Shown in pieces: positions 37,501-51,000 of a stretch of 64,000 nucleotides of DNA. Position 1 is the stretch's first letter. Every line of letters starts with the position of its first letter. Under the pieces are notes generated by a model. It was not told the DNA's origin. It did no database searches and was given only the letters and a program-made list of their open reading frames with translations. Where the stretch lies: positions 310,001 to 374,000 of the forward strand of contig NC_134028.1 in NCBI RefSeq assembly GCF_964204645.1, in the 5' to 3' direction. A program made the translations under genes and the position numbers. This DNA comes from Tubulanus polymorphus. Taxonomy: Eukaryota; Animalia; Nemertea.

Positions 37501-40500
37501 CAATTAAGATAGAATTCATCATCTTTAGGACCCTATTTTGCAAGAAAAATCTGTATCTTTCAGTCCATCTACTCGAAATCAGTTCAGTTTTCCTTAACCT
37601 ATCATTTCAGATCGAGTCCATCATCTTCAGGAGCATAAATAGCCAGAAAATTCTTAATCTTTCCACCTATCTATTTGAAATCAGTTCAATTCGCCTTAAC
37701 CCATCTTTTCAGATTGAATCCATCATCTTCAGAACCAAAAGCAGCCAGAGAATTCTGATTCTTTCCACCTATCTATTTGAAATCAGTTCAGTACACCCTA
37801 ACCCATCAATTAAGATAGAATTCATCATCTTTAGGACCCTATTTTGCAAGAAAAATCTGTATCTTTCAGTCCATCTGCTCGAAATCAGTTCAGTTTACCT
37901 TAACCTATCATTTCAGATCGAGTCCATCATCTTCAGGAGCATAAATAGCCAGAAAATTCTTAATCTTTCCACCTATCTATTTGAAATCAGTTCAGTACAC
38001 CCTAACCCATCAATTAAGATAGAATTCATCATCTTTAGGACCCTATTTTGCAAGAAAAATCTGTATCTTTCAGTCCATCTACTCGAAATCAGTTCAGTCT
38101 ACCTAAACCTATCATTTCAGATCGAGTCCATCATCTTCAGGAGCATAAATAGCCAGAAAAATCTTAATCATTCCACCTATCTATTTGAAATCAGTTCAAT
38201 ACGCCTCAACACATCTTTTCAGATTGAACCCATCATCTTCAGAACCAAAAGCAGCCAGAAAATTCTGATTCTTTCAACCTATCTATTTGAAATCAGTTCA
38301 GTACACCCTAACCCATCAATTAAGATAGAATTCATCATCTTTAGGACCCTATTTTGTAAGAAAAATCTGTATCTTTCAGTCCATCTACTCGAAATCAGTT
38401 CAGTCTACCTAAACCTATCATTTCAGATCGAGTCCATCATCTTCAGGAGCATAAATAGCCAGAAAAATCTTAATCATTCCACCTATCTATTTGAAATCAG
38501 TTCAATACGCCTCAACACATCTTTTCAGATTGAATCCATCATCTTCAGAACCAAAAGCAGCCAGAAAATTCTGATTCTTTCAACCTATCTATTTGAAATC
38601 AGTTCAGTACACCCTAACCCATCAATTAAGATAGAATTCATCATCTTTAGGACCCTATTTTGCAAGAAAAATCTGTATCTTTCAGTCCATCTACTCGAAA
38701 TCAGTTCAGTTTACCTTAACCTATCATTTCAGATCGAGTCCATCATCTTCAGGAGCATAAATAGCCAGAAAATTCTTAATCTTTCCACCTATCTATTTGA
38801 AATCAGTTCAATACGCCTTAGCCCATCTTTTCAGATTGAGTCCATCATCTTCAGAACCAAAGGCAGCCAGAAAATTCTGATTCTTTCCACCTATCTATTT
38901 GAAATCAGTTCAGTACACCCTAACCCATCAATTAAGATAGAATTCATCATCTTTAGGACCCTATTTTGCAAGAAAAATCTGTATCTTTCAGTCCATCTAC
39001 TCGAAATCAGTTCAGTCTACCTATACCTATCATTTCAGATCGAGTCCATCATCTTCAGGAGCATAAATAGCCAGAAAAATCTTAATCATTCCACCTATCT
39101 ATTTGAAATCAGTTCAATACGCCTTAACACATCTTTTCAGATTGAATCCATCATCTTCAGAACCAAAAGCAGCCAGAAAATTCTGATTCTTTCAACCTAT
39201 CTATTTGAAATCAGTTCAGTACACCCTAACCCATCAATTAAGATAGAATTCATCATCTTTAGGACCCTATTTTGCAAGAAAAATCTGTATCTTTCAGTCC
39301 ATCTGCTCGAAATCAGTTCAGTTTACCTTAACCTATCATTTCAGATCGAGTCCATCATCTTCAGGAGCATAAATAGCCAGAAAATTCTTAATCTTTCCAC
39401 CTATCTATTTGAAATCAGTACAGTACACCCTAACCCATCAATTAAGATAGAATTCATCATCTTTAGGACCCTATTTTGCAAGAAAAATCTGTATCTTTCA
39501 GTCCATCTACTCGAAATCAGTTCAGTTTTCCTTAACCTATCATTTCAGATCGAGTCCATCATCTTCAGGAGCATAAATAGCCAGAAAATTCTTAATCTTT
39601 CCACCTATCTATTTGAAATCAGTTCAATTCGCCTTAACCCATCTTTTCAGATTGAGTCCATCATCTTCAGAACCAAAGGCAGCCAGAAAATTCTGATTCT
39701 TTCCACCTATCTATTTGAAATCAGTTCGGTACACCCTAACCCATCAATTAAGATAGAACTGATCATCTTTAGGACCCTATTTTGCAAGAAAAATCTGTAT
39801 CTTTCAGTCCATCTACTCGAAATCAGTTCAGTCTACCTTAACCTATCATTTCAGATCGAGTCCATCATCTTCAGGAGCATAAATAGCCAGAAAAGTCTTA
39901 ATCTATCCACCTATCTATTTGAAATCAGTTCAATACGCCTTAACACATCTTTTCAGATTGAATCCATCATCTTCAGAACCAAAAGCAGCCAGAAAATTCT
40001 GATTCTTTCAACCTATCTATTTGAAATAAGTTCAGTACACCCTAACCCATCAATTAAGATAGAATTCATCATCTTTAGGACCCTATTTAGCAAGAAAAAT
40101 CTGTATCTTTCAGTCCATCTACTCGAAATCAGTTCAGTTTACCTTAACCTATCATTTCAGATCGAGTCCATCATCTTCAGGAGCATAAATAGCCAGAAAA
40201 TTCTTAATCTTTCCACCTATCTATTTGAAATCAGTTCAGTACACCCTAACCCATCAATTAAGATAGAATTCATCATCTTTAGGACCCTATTTTGCAAGAA
40301 AAATCTGTATCTTTCAGTCCATCTACTCGAAATCAGTTCAGTTTTCCTTAACCTATCATTTCAGATCGAGTCCATCATCTTCAGGAGCATAAATAGCCAG
40401 AAAATTCTTAATCTTTCCACCTATCTATTTGAAATCAGTTCAATACGCCTTAGCCCATCTTTTCAGATTGAGTCCATCATCTTCAGAACCAAAGGCAGCC

Positions 40501-42000
40501 AGAAAATTCTGATTCTTTCCACCTATCTATTTGAAATCAGTTCAGTACACCCTAACCCATCAATTAAGATAGAATTCATCATCTTTAGGACCCTATTTTG
40601 TAAGAAAAATCTGTATCTTTCAGTCCATCTACTCGAAATCAGTTCAGTCTACCTAAACCTATCATTTCAGATCGAGTCCATCATCTTCAGGAGCATAAAT
40701 AGCCAGAAAAATCTTAATCATTCCACCTATCTATTTGAAATCAGTTCAATACGCCTCAACACATCTTTTCAGATTGAATCCATCATCTTCAGAACCAAAA
40801 GCAGCCAGAAAATTCTGATTCTTTCCACCTATCTATTTGAAATCAGTTCAGTACACCCTAACCCATCAATTAAGATAGAATTCATCATCTTTAGGACCCT
40901 ATTTAGCAAGAAAAATCTGTATCTTTCAGTCCATCTACTCGAAATCAGTTCAGTTTACCTTAACCTATCATTTCAGATCGAGTCCATCATCTTCAGGAGC
41001 ATAAATAGCCAGAAAATTCTTAATCTTTCCACCTATCTATTTGAAATCAGTTCAATACGCCTTAGCCCATCTTTTCAGATTGAGTCCATCATCTTCAGAA
41101 CCAAAGGCAGCCAGAAAATTCTGATTCTTTCCACTTATCTATTTGAAATCAGTTCAGTTCACCCTAACCCATCAATTAAGATAGAATTCATCATCTTTAG
41201 GACCCTATTTTGCAAGAAAAATCTGTATCTTTCAGTCCATCTGCTCGAAATCAGTTCAGTTTACCTTAACCTATCATTACAGATCGAGTCCATCATCTTC
41301 AGGAGCATAAATAGCCAGAAAATTCTTAATCTTTCCACCTATCTATTTGAAATCAGTTCAGTACACCCTAACCCATCAATTAAGATAGAATTCATCATCT
41401 TTAGGACCCTATTTTGCAAGAAAAATCTGTATCTTTCAGTCCATCTACTCGAAATCAGTTCAGTTTTCCTTAACCTATCATTTCAGATCGAGTCCATCAT
41501 CTTCAGGAGCATAAATAGCCAGAAAATTCTTAATCTTTCCACCTATCTATTTGAAATCAGTTCAATTCGCCTTAACCCATCTTTTCAGATTGAATCCATC
41601 ATCTTCAGAACCAAAAGCAGCCAGAGAATTCTGATTCTTTCCACCTATCTATTTGAAATCAGTTCAGTACACCCTAACCCATCAATTAAGATAGAATTCA
41701 TCATCTTTAGGACCCTATTTTGCAAGAAAAATCTGTATCTTTCAGTCCATCTGCTCGAAATCAGTTCAGTTTACCTTAACCTATCATTTCAGATCGAGTC
41801 CATCATCTTCAGGAGCATAAATAGCCAGAAAATTCTTAATCTTTCCACCTATCTATTTGAAATCAGTTCAGTACACCCTAACCCATCAATTAAGATAGAA
41901 TTCATCATCTTTAGGACCCTATTTTGCAAGAAAAATCTGTATCTTTCAGTCCATCTACTCGAAATCAGTTCAGTCTACCTTAACCTATCATTTCAGATCG
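34600..42000. repeat. Higher-order duplication with offset 3672 (36 monomers), rising to 3876 (38 monomers) after an extra AB unit near 40.2 kb
   Basis: CCTATACC 35351/39023, AATCAGTACA 35741/39413, TTACAGATC 37401/41277. Confidence 0.82.
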
Positions 42001-45000
42001 AGTCCATCATCTTCAGGAGCATAAATAGCCAGAAAATTCTTAATCTTTCCACCTATCTATTTGAAATCAGTTCAATACGCCTTAACACATCTTTTCAGAT
42101 TGAATCCCTCATCTTCAGAACCAAAAGCAGCCAGAAAATTCTGATTCTTTAAACCTATCTATTTGAAATCAGTTCAGTACACCCTAACCCATCAATTAAG
42201 ATAGAATTCATCATCTTTAGGACCCTATTTTGCAAGAAAAATCTGTATCTTTCAGTCCATCTACTCGAAATCAGTTCAGTCTACCTTAACCTATCATTTC
42301 AGATCGAGTCCATCATCTTCAGGAGCATAAATAGCCAGAAAAGTCTTAATCTATCCACCTATCTATTTGAAATCAGTTCAATACGCCTTAACACATCTTT
42401 TCAGATTGAATCCATCATCTTCAGAACCAAAAGCAGCCAGAAAATTCTGATTCTTTCAACCTATCTATTTGAAATCAGTTCAGTACACCCTAACCCATCA
42501 ATTAAGATAGAATTCATCATCTTTAGGACCCTATTTTGCAAGAAAAATCTGTATCTTTCAGTCCATCTACTCGAAATCAGTTCAGTCTACCTAAACCTAT
42601 CATTTCAGATCGAGTCCATCATCTTCAGGAGCATAAATAGCCAGAAAAATCTTAATCATTCCACCTATCTATTTGAAATCAGTTCAATACGCCTCAACAC
42701 ATCTTTTCAGATTGAATCCATCATCTTCAGAACCAAAAGCAGCCAGAAAATTCTGATTCTTTCAACCTATCTATTTGAAATCAGTTCAGTACACCCTAAC
42801 CCATCAATTAAGATAGAATTCATCATCTTTAGGACCCTATTTTGCAAGAAAAATCTGTATCTTTCAGTCCATCTACTCGAAATCAGTTCAGTTTACTTTA
42901 ACCTATCATTTCAGATCGAGTCAATCATCTTCAGGAGCATAAATAGCCAGAAAATTCTTAATCTTTCCACCTATCTATTTGAAATCAGTTCAATACGCCT
43001 TAGCCCATCTTTTCAGATTGAGTCCATCATCTTCAGAACCAAAGGCAGCCAGAAAATTCTGATTCTTTCCACCTATCTATTTGAAATCAGTTCAGTACAC
43101 CCTAACCCATCAATTAAGATAGAATTCATCATCTTTAGGACCCTATTTTGCAAGAAAAATCTGTATCTTTCAGTCCATCTACTCGAAATCAGTTCAGTCT
43201 ACCTAAACCTATCATTTCAGATCGAGTCCATCATCTTCAGGAGCATAAATAGCCAGAAAATTCTTAATCTTTCCACCTATCTATTTGAAATCAGTTCAAT
43301 ACGCCTTAGCCCATCTTTTCAGATTCAGTCCATCATCTTCAGAACCAAAGGCAGCCAGAAAATTCTGATTCTTTCCACTTATCTATTTGAAATCAGTTCA
43401 GTTCACCCTAACCCATCAATTAAGATAGAATTCATCATCTTTAGGACCCTATTTTGCAAGAAAAATCTGTATCTTTCAGTCCATCTGCTCGAAATCAGTT
43501 CAGTTTACCTTAACCTATCATTTCAGATCGAGTCCATCATCTTCAGGAGCATAAATAGCCAGAAAATTCTTAATCTTTCCACCTATCTATTTGAAATCAG
43601 TTCAGTACACCCTAACCCATCAATTAAGATAGAATTCATCATCTTTAGGACCCTATTTTGCAAGAAAAATCTGTATCTTTCAGTCCATCTACTCGAAATC
43701 AGTTCAGTTTACCTTAACCTATCATTTCAGATCGAGTCCATCATCTTCAGGAGCATAAATAGCCAGAAAATTCTTAATCTTTCCACCTATCTATTTGAAA
43801 TCAGTTCAATACGCCTTAGCCCATCTTTTCAGATTGAGTCCATCATCTTCAGAACCAAAGGCAGCCAGAAAATTCTGATTCTTTCCACCTATCTATTTGA
43901 AATCAGTTCAGTACACCCTAACCCATCAATTAAGATAGAATTCATCATCTTTAGGACCCTATTTTGCAAGAAAAATCTGTATCTTTCAGTCCATCTACTC
44001 GAAATCAGTTCAGTCTACCTAAACCTATCATTTCAGATCGAGTCCATCATCTTCAGGAGCATAAATAGCCAGAAAAATCTTAATCATTCCACCTATCTAT
44101 TTGAAATCAGTTCAATACGCCTCAACACATCTTTTCAGATTGAATCCATCATCTTCAGAACCAAAAGCAGCCAGAAAATTCTGATTCTTTCAACCTATCT
44201 ATTTGAAATCAGTTCAATACGCCTTAACACATCTTTTAGATCGAGTCCATCATCTTCAGGAGCATAAATAGCCAGAAAATTCTTAATCTTTCCACCTATC
44301 TATTTGAAATCAGTTCAATACGCCTTAACACATCTTTTCAGATTGAATCCATCATCTTCAGAACCAAAAGCAGCCAGAAAATTCTGATTCTTTCAACCTA
44401 TCTATTTGAAATCAGTTCAGTACACCCTAACCCATCAATTAAGATAGAATTCATCATCTTTATGACCCTATTTTGCAAGAAAAATCTGTATCTTTCAGTC
44501 CATCTACTCGAAATCAGTTCAGTTTACCTTAACCTATCATTTCAGATCGAGCCCATCATCTTCAGGAGCATAAATAGCCAGAAAATTCTGAATCTTTCCA
44601 CCTATCTATTTGAAATCAGTTCAATACGCCTTAGCCCATCTTTTCAGATAGAGTTCATCATCTTCAGAACCAAAGCCAGCCAGAAAATTCTGATTCTTTC
44701 CACCTATCTATTTGAAATCAGTTCAGTTCACCCTAACCCATCAATTAAGATAGAATTCATCATCTTTAGGGCCCTATTTTGCAAGAAAAATCTGTATCTT
44801 TCAGTCCATCTACTCGAAATCAGTTCAGTTTACCTTAACCTATCATTTCAGATCGAGTCCATCATCTTCAGGAGCATAAATAGCCAGAAAATTCTCAATC
44901 TTTCCACCTATCTATTTGAAATCAGTTCAGTACACCCTAACCCATCAATTAAGATAGAAATCATCTACTTTAGGACCCTATTTTGCAAGAAAAATCTGTA

Positions 45001-48000
45001 TCTTTCAGTCCATCTACTCGAAATCAGTTCAGTCTACCTTAACCTATCATTTCAGATCGAGTCCATCATCTTCAGGAGCATAAATAGCCAGAAAAGTCTT
45101 AATCTATCCACCTATCTATTTGAAATCAGTTCAATACGCCTTAACCCATCTTTTCAGATTGAATCCATCATCTTCAGAACCAAAAGCAGCCAGAAAATTC
45201 TGATTCTTTCAACCTATCTATTTGAAATCAGTTCAGTACACCCCAACCCATCAATTAACATAGAATTCATCATCTTTAGGACCCTATTTTGCAACAAAAA
45301 TCTGTATCTTTCAGTCCATCTACTCGAAATCAGTTCAGTTTACCTTAACCTATCATTTCAGATCGAGTCCATCATCTTCAGGAGCATAAATAGCCAGAAA
45401 ATTCTTAATCTTTCCACCTATCTATTTGAAATCAGTTCAGTACACCCTAACCCATCAATTAAGATAGAACTCATCATCTTCAGGACCCTATTTTGCAAGA
45501 AAAATCTGTATCTTTCAGTCCATCTACTCGAAATCAGTTCAGTCTACCTTAACCTATCATTTCAGATCGAGTCCATCATCTTCAGGAGCATAAATAGCCA
45601 GAAAATTCTTAATCTTTCCACCTATCTATTTGAAATCAGTTCAATACGCCTTAGCCCATCTTTTCAGATTGAGTGCATCATCTTCAGAACCAAAGGCAGC
45701 CAGAAAATTCTGATTCTTTCCACCTATCTATTTGAAATCAGTTCTGTACACCCTAACCCATCAATTAAGATAGAATTCATCATCTTTAGGACCCTATTTT
45801 GCAACAAAAATCTGTATCTTTCAGTCCATCTACTCGAAATCAGTTCAGTTTACCTTAACCTATCATTTCAGATCGAGTCCATCATCTTCAGGAGCATAAA
45901 TAGCCAGAAAATTCTTAATCTTTCCACCTATCTATTTGAAATCAGTTCAGTACACCCTAACCCATCAATTAAGATAGAACTCATCATCTTTAGGACCCTA
46001 TTTTGCAAGAAAAATCTGTATCTTTCAGTCCATCTACTCGAAATCAGTTCAGTTTACCTTAACCTATCATTTCAGATCGAGTCCATCATCTTCAGGAGCA
46101 TAAATAGCCAGAAAATTCTTAATCTTTCCACCTATCTATTTGAAATCAGTTCAATACGCCTTAACACATCTTTTCAGATTGAATCCATCATCTTCAGAAC
46201 CAAAAGCAGCAAGAAAATTCTGATTCTTTCAACCTATCTATTTGAAATCAGTTCAGTACACCCTAACCCATCAATTAAGATAGAATTCATCATCTTTAGG
46301 ACCCTATTTTGCAAGAAAAATCTGTATCTTTCAGTCCATCTACTCGAAATCAGTTCAGTTTTCCTTACCTTATCATTTCAGATCGAGTCCATCATCTTCA
46401 GGAGCATAAATAGCCAGAAAATTCTTAACCTTTCCACCTATCTATTTGAAATCAGTTCAATACGCCTTAACACATCTTTTCAGATTGAATCCATCATCTT
46501 CAGAACCAAAAGCAGCCAGAAAATTCTGATTCTTTCAACCTATCTATTTGAAATCAGTTCAGTACACCCTAACCCATCAATTAAGATAGAATTCATCATC
46601 TTTAGGACCCTATTTAGCAAGAAAAATCTGTATCTTTCAGTCCATCTACTCGAAATCAGTTCAGTTTACCTTAACCTATCATTTCAGATCGAGTCCATCA
46701 TCTTCAGGAGCATAAATAGCCAGAAAATTCTTAATCTTTCCACCTATCTATTTGAAATCAGTTCAATACGCCTTAGCCCATCTTTTCAGATTGAGTCCAT
46801 CATCTTCAGAACCAAAGGCAGCCAGAAAATTCTGATTCTTTCCACTTATCTATTTGAAATCAGTTCAGTTCACCCTAACCCATCAATTAAGATAGAATTC
46901 ATCATCTTTAGGACCCTATTTAGCAAGAAAAATCTGTATCTTTCAGTCCATCTGCTCGAAATCAGTTCAGTTTACCTTAACCTATCATTTCAGATCGAGT
47001 CCACATCTTCAGGAGCATAAATAGCCAGAAAATTCTTAATCTTTCCACCTATCTATTTGAAATCAGTTCAGTACACCCTAACCCATCAATTAAGATAGAA
47101 TTCATCATCTTTAGGACCCTATTTTGCAAGAAAAATCTGTATCTTTCAGTCCATCTACTCGAAATCAGTTCAGTTTTCCTTAACCTATCATTTCAGATCG
47201 AGTCCATCATCTTCAGGAGCATAAATAGCCAGAAAATTCTTAATCTTTCCACCTATCTATTTGAAATCAGTTCAATACGCCTTAACCCATCTTTTCAGAT
47301 TGAATCCATCATCTTCAGAACCAAAAGCAGCCAGAGAATTCTGATTCTTTCCACCTATCTATTTGAAATCAGTTCAGTACACCCTAACCCATCAATTAAG
47401 ATAGAATTCATCATCTTTAGGACCCTATTTTGCAAGAAAAATCTGTATCTTTCAGTCCATCTGCTCGAAATCAGTTCAGTTTACCTTAACCTATCATTTC
47501 AGATCGAGTCCATCATCTTCAGGAGCATAAATAGCCAGAAAATTCTTAATCTTTCCACCTATCTATTTGAAATCAGTTCAGTACACCCTAACCCATCAAT
47601 TAAGATAGAATTCATCATCTTTAGGACCCTATTTTGCAAGAAAAATCTGTATCTTTCAGTCCATCTACTCGAAATCAGTTCAGTCTACCTTAACCTATCA
47701 TTTCAGATCGAGTCCATCATCTTCAGGAGCATAAATAGCCAGAAAATTCTTAATCTTTCCACCTATCTATTTGAAATCAGTTCAATACGCCTTAACACAT
47801 CTTTTCAGATTGAATCCCTCATCTTCAGAACCAAAAGCAGCCAGAAAATTCTGATTCTTTAAACCTATCTATTTGAAATCAGTTCAGTACACCCTAACCC
47901 ATCAATTAAGATAGAATTCATCATCTTTAGGACCCTATTTTGCAAGAAAAATCTGTATCTTTCAGTCCATCTACTCGAAATCAGTTCAGTCTACCTTAAC

Positions 48001-51000
48001 CTATCATTTCAGATCGAGTCCATCATCTTCAGGAGCATAAATAGCCAGAAAAGTCTTAATCTATCCACCTATCTATTTGAAATCAGTTCAATACGCCTTA
48101 ACACATCTTTTCAGATTGAATCCATCATCTTCAGAACCAAAAGCAGCCAGAAAATTCTGATTCTTTCAACCTATCTATTTGAAATCAGTTCAGTACACCC
48201 TAACCCATCAATTAAGATAGAATTCATCATCTTTAGGACCCTATTTTGCAAGAAAAATCTGTATCTTTCAGTCCATCTACTCGAAATCAGTTCAGTCTAC
48301 CTAAACCTATCATTTCAGATCGAGTCCATCATCTTCAGGAGCATAAATAGCCAGAAAAATCTTAATCATTCCACCTATCTATTTGAAATCAGTTCAATAC
48401 GCCTCAACACATCTTTTCAGATTGAATCCATCATCTTCAGAACCAAAAGCAGCCAGAAAATTCTGATTCTTTCAACCTATCTATTTGAAATCAGTTCAGT
48501 ACACCCTAACCCATCAATTAAGATAGAATTCATCATCTTTAGGACCCTATTTTGCAAGAAAAATCTGTATCTTTCAGTCCATCTACTCGAAATCAGTTCA
48601 GTTTACTTTAACCTATCATTTCAGATCGAGTCAATCATCTTCAGGAGCATAAATAGCCAGAAAATTCTTAATCTTTCCACCTATCTATTTGAAATCAGTT
48701 CAATACGCCTTAGCCCATCTTTTCAGATTGAGTCCATCATCTTCAGAACCAAAGGCAGCCAGAAAATTCTGATTCTTTCCACCTATCTATTTGAAATCAG
48801 TTCAGTACACCCTAACCCATCAATTAAGATAGAATTCATCATCTTTAGGACCCTATTTTGCAAGAAAAATCTGTATCTTTCAGTCCATCTACTCGAAATC
48901 AGTTCTGTCTACCTAAACCTATCATTTCAGATCGAGTCCATCATCTTCAGGAGCATAAATAGCCAGAAAATTCTTAATCTTTCCACCTATCTATTTGAAA
49001 TCAGTTCAATACGCCTTAGCCCATCTTTTCAGATTCAGTCCATCATCTTCAGAACCAAAGGCAGCCAGAAAATTCTGATTCTTTCCACTTATCTATTTGA
49101 AATCAGTTCAGTTCACCCTAACCCATCAATTAAGATAGAATTCATCATCTTTAGGACCCTATTTTGCAAGAAAAATCTGTATCTTTCAGTCCATCTGCTC
49201 GAAATCAGTTCAGTTTACCTTAACCTATCATTTCAGATCGAGTCCATCATCTTCAGGAGCATAAATAGCCAGAAAATTCTTAATCTTTCCACCTATCTAT
49301 TTGAAATCAGTTCAGTACACCCTAACCCATCAATTAAGATAGAATTCATCATCTTTAGGACCCTATTTTGCAAGAAAAATCTGTATCTTTCAGTCCATCT
49401 ACTCGAAATCAGTTCAGTTTACCTTAACCTATCATTTCAGATCGAGTCCATCATCTTCAGGAGCATAAATAGCCAGAAAATTCTTAATCTTTCCACCTAT
49501 CTATTTGAAATCAGTTCAATACGCCTTAGCCCATCTTTTCAGATTGAGTCCATCATCTTCAGAACCAAAGGCAGCCAGAAAATTCTGATTCTTTCCACCT
49601 ATCTATTTGAAATCAGTTCAGTACACCCTAACCCATCAATTAAGATAGAATTCATCATCTTTAGGACCCTATTTTGCAAGAAAAATCTGTATCTTTCAGT
49701 CCATCTACTCGAAATCAGTTCAGTCTACCTAAACCTATCATTTCAGATCGAGTCCATCATCTTCAGGAGCATAAATAGCCAGAAAAATCTTAATCATTCC
49801 ACCTATCTATTTGAAATCAGTTCAATACGCCTCAACACATCTTTTCAGATTGAATCCATCATCTTCAGAACCAAAAGCAGCCAGAAAATTCTGATTCTTT
49901 CAACCTATCTATTTGAAATCAGTTCAATACGCCTTAACACATCTTTTAGATCGAGTCCATCATCTTCAGGAGCATAAATAGCCAGAAAATTCTTAATCTT
50001 TCCACCTATCTATTTGAAATCAGTTCAATACGCCTTAACACATCTTTTCAGATTGAATCCATCATCTTCAGAACCAAAAGCAGCCAGAAAATTCTGATTC
50101 TTTCAACCTATCTATTTGAAATCAGTTCAGTACACCCTAACCCATCAATTAAGATAGAATTCATCATCTTTATGACCCTATTTTGCAAGACAAATCTGTA
50201 TCTTTCAGTCCATCTACTCGAAATCAGTTCAGTTTACCTTAACCTATCATTTCAGATCGAGCCCATCATCTTCAGGAGCATAAATAGCCAGAAAATTCTG
50301 AATCTTTCCACCTATCTATTTGAAATCAGTTCAATACGCCTTAGCCCATCTTTTCAGATAGAGTTCATCATCTTCAGAACCAAAGCCAGCCAGAAAATTC
50401 TGATTCTTTCCACCTATCTATTTGAAATCAGTTCAGTTCACCCTAACCCATCAATTAAGATAGAATTCATCATCTTTAGGGCCCTATTTTGCAAGAAAAA
50501 TCTGTATCTTTCAGTCCATCTACTCGAAATCAGTTCAGTTTACCTTAACCTATCATTTCAGATCGAGTCCATCATCTTCAGGAGCATAAATAGCCAGAAA
50601 ATTCTCAATCTTTCCACCTATCTATTTGAAATCAGTTCAGTACACCCTAACCCATCAATTAAGATAGAAATCATCTACTTTAGGACCCTATTTTGCAAGA
50701 AAAATCTGTATCTTTCAGTCCATCTACTCGAAATCAGTTCAGTCTACCTTAACCTATCATTTCAGATCGAGTCCATCATCTTCAGGAGCATAAATAGCCA
50801 GAAAAGTCTTAATCTATCCACCTATCTATTTGAAATCAGTTCAATACGCCTTAACCCATCTTTTCAGATTGAATCCATCATCTTCAGAACCAAAAGCAGC
50901 CAGAAAATTCTGATTCTTTCAACCTATCTATTTGAAATCAGTTCAGTACACCCCAACCCATCAATTAAGATAGAATTCATCATCTTTAGGACCCTATTTT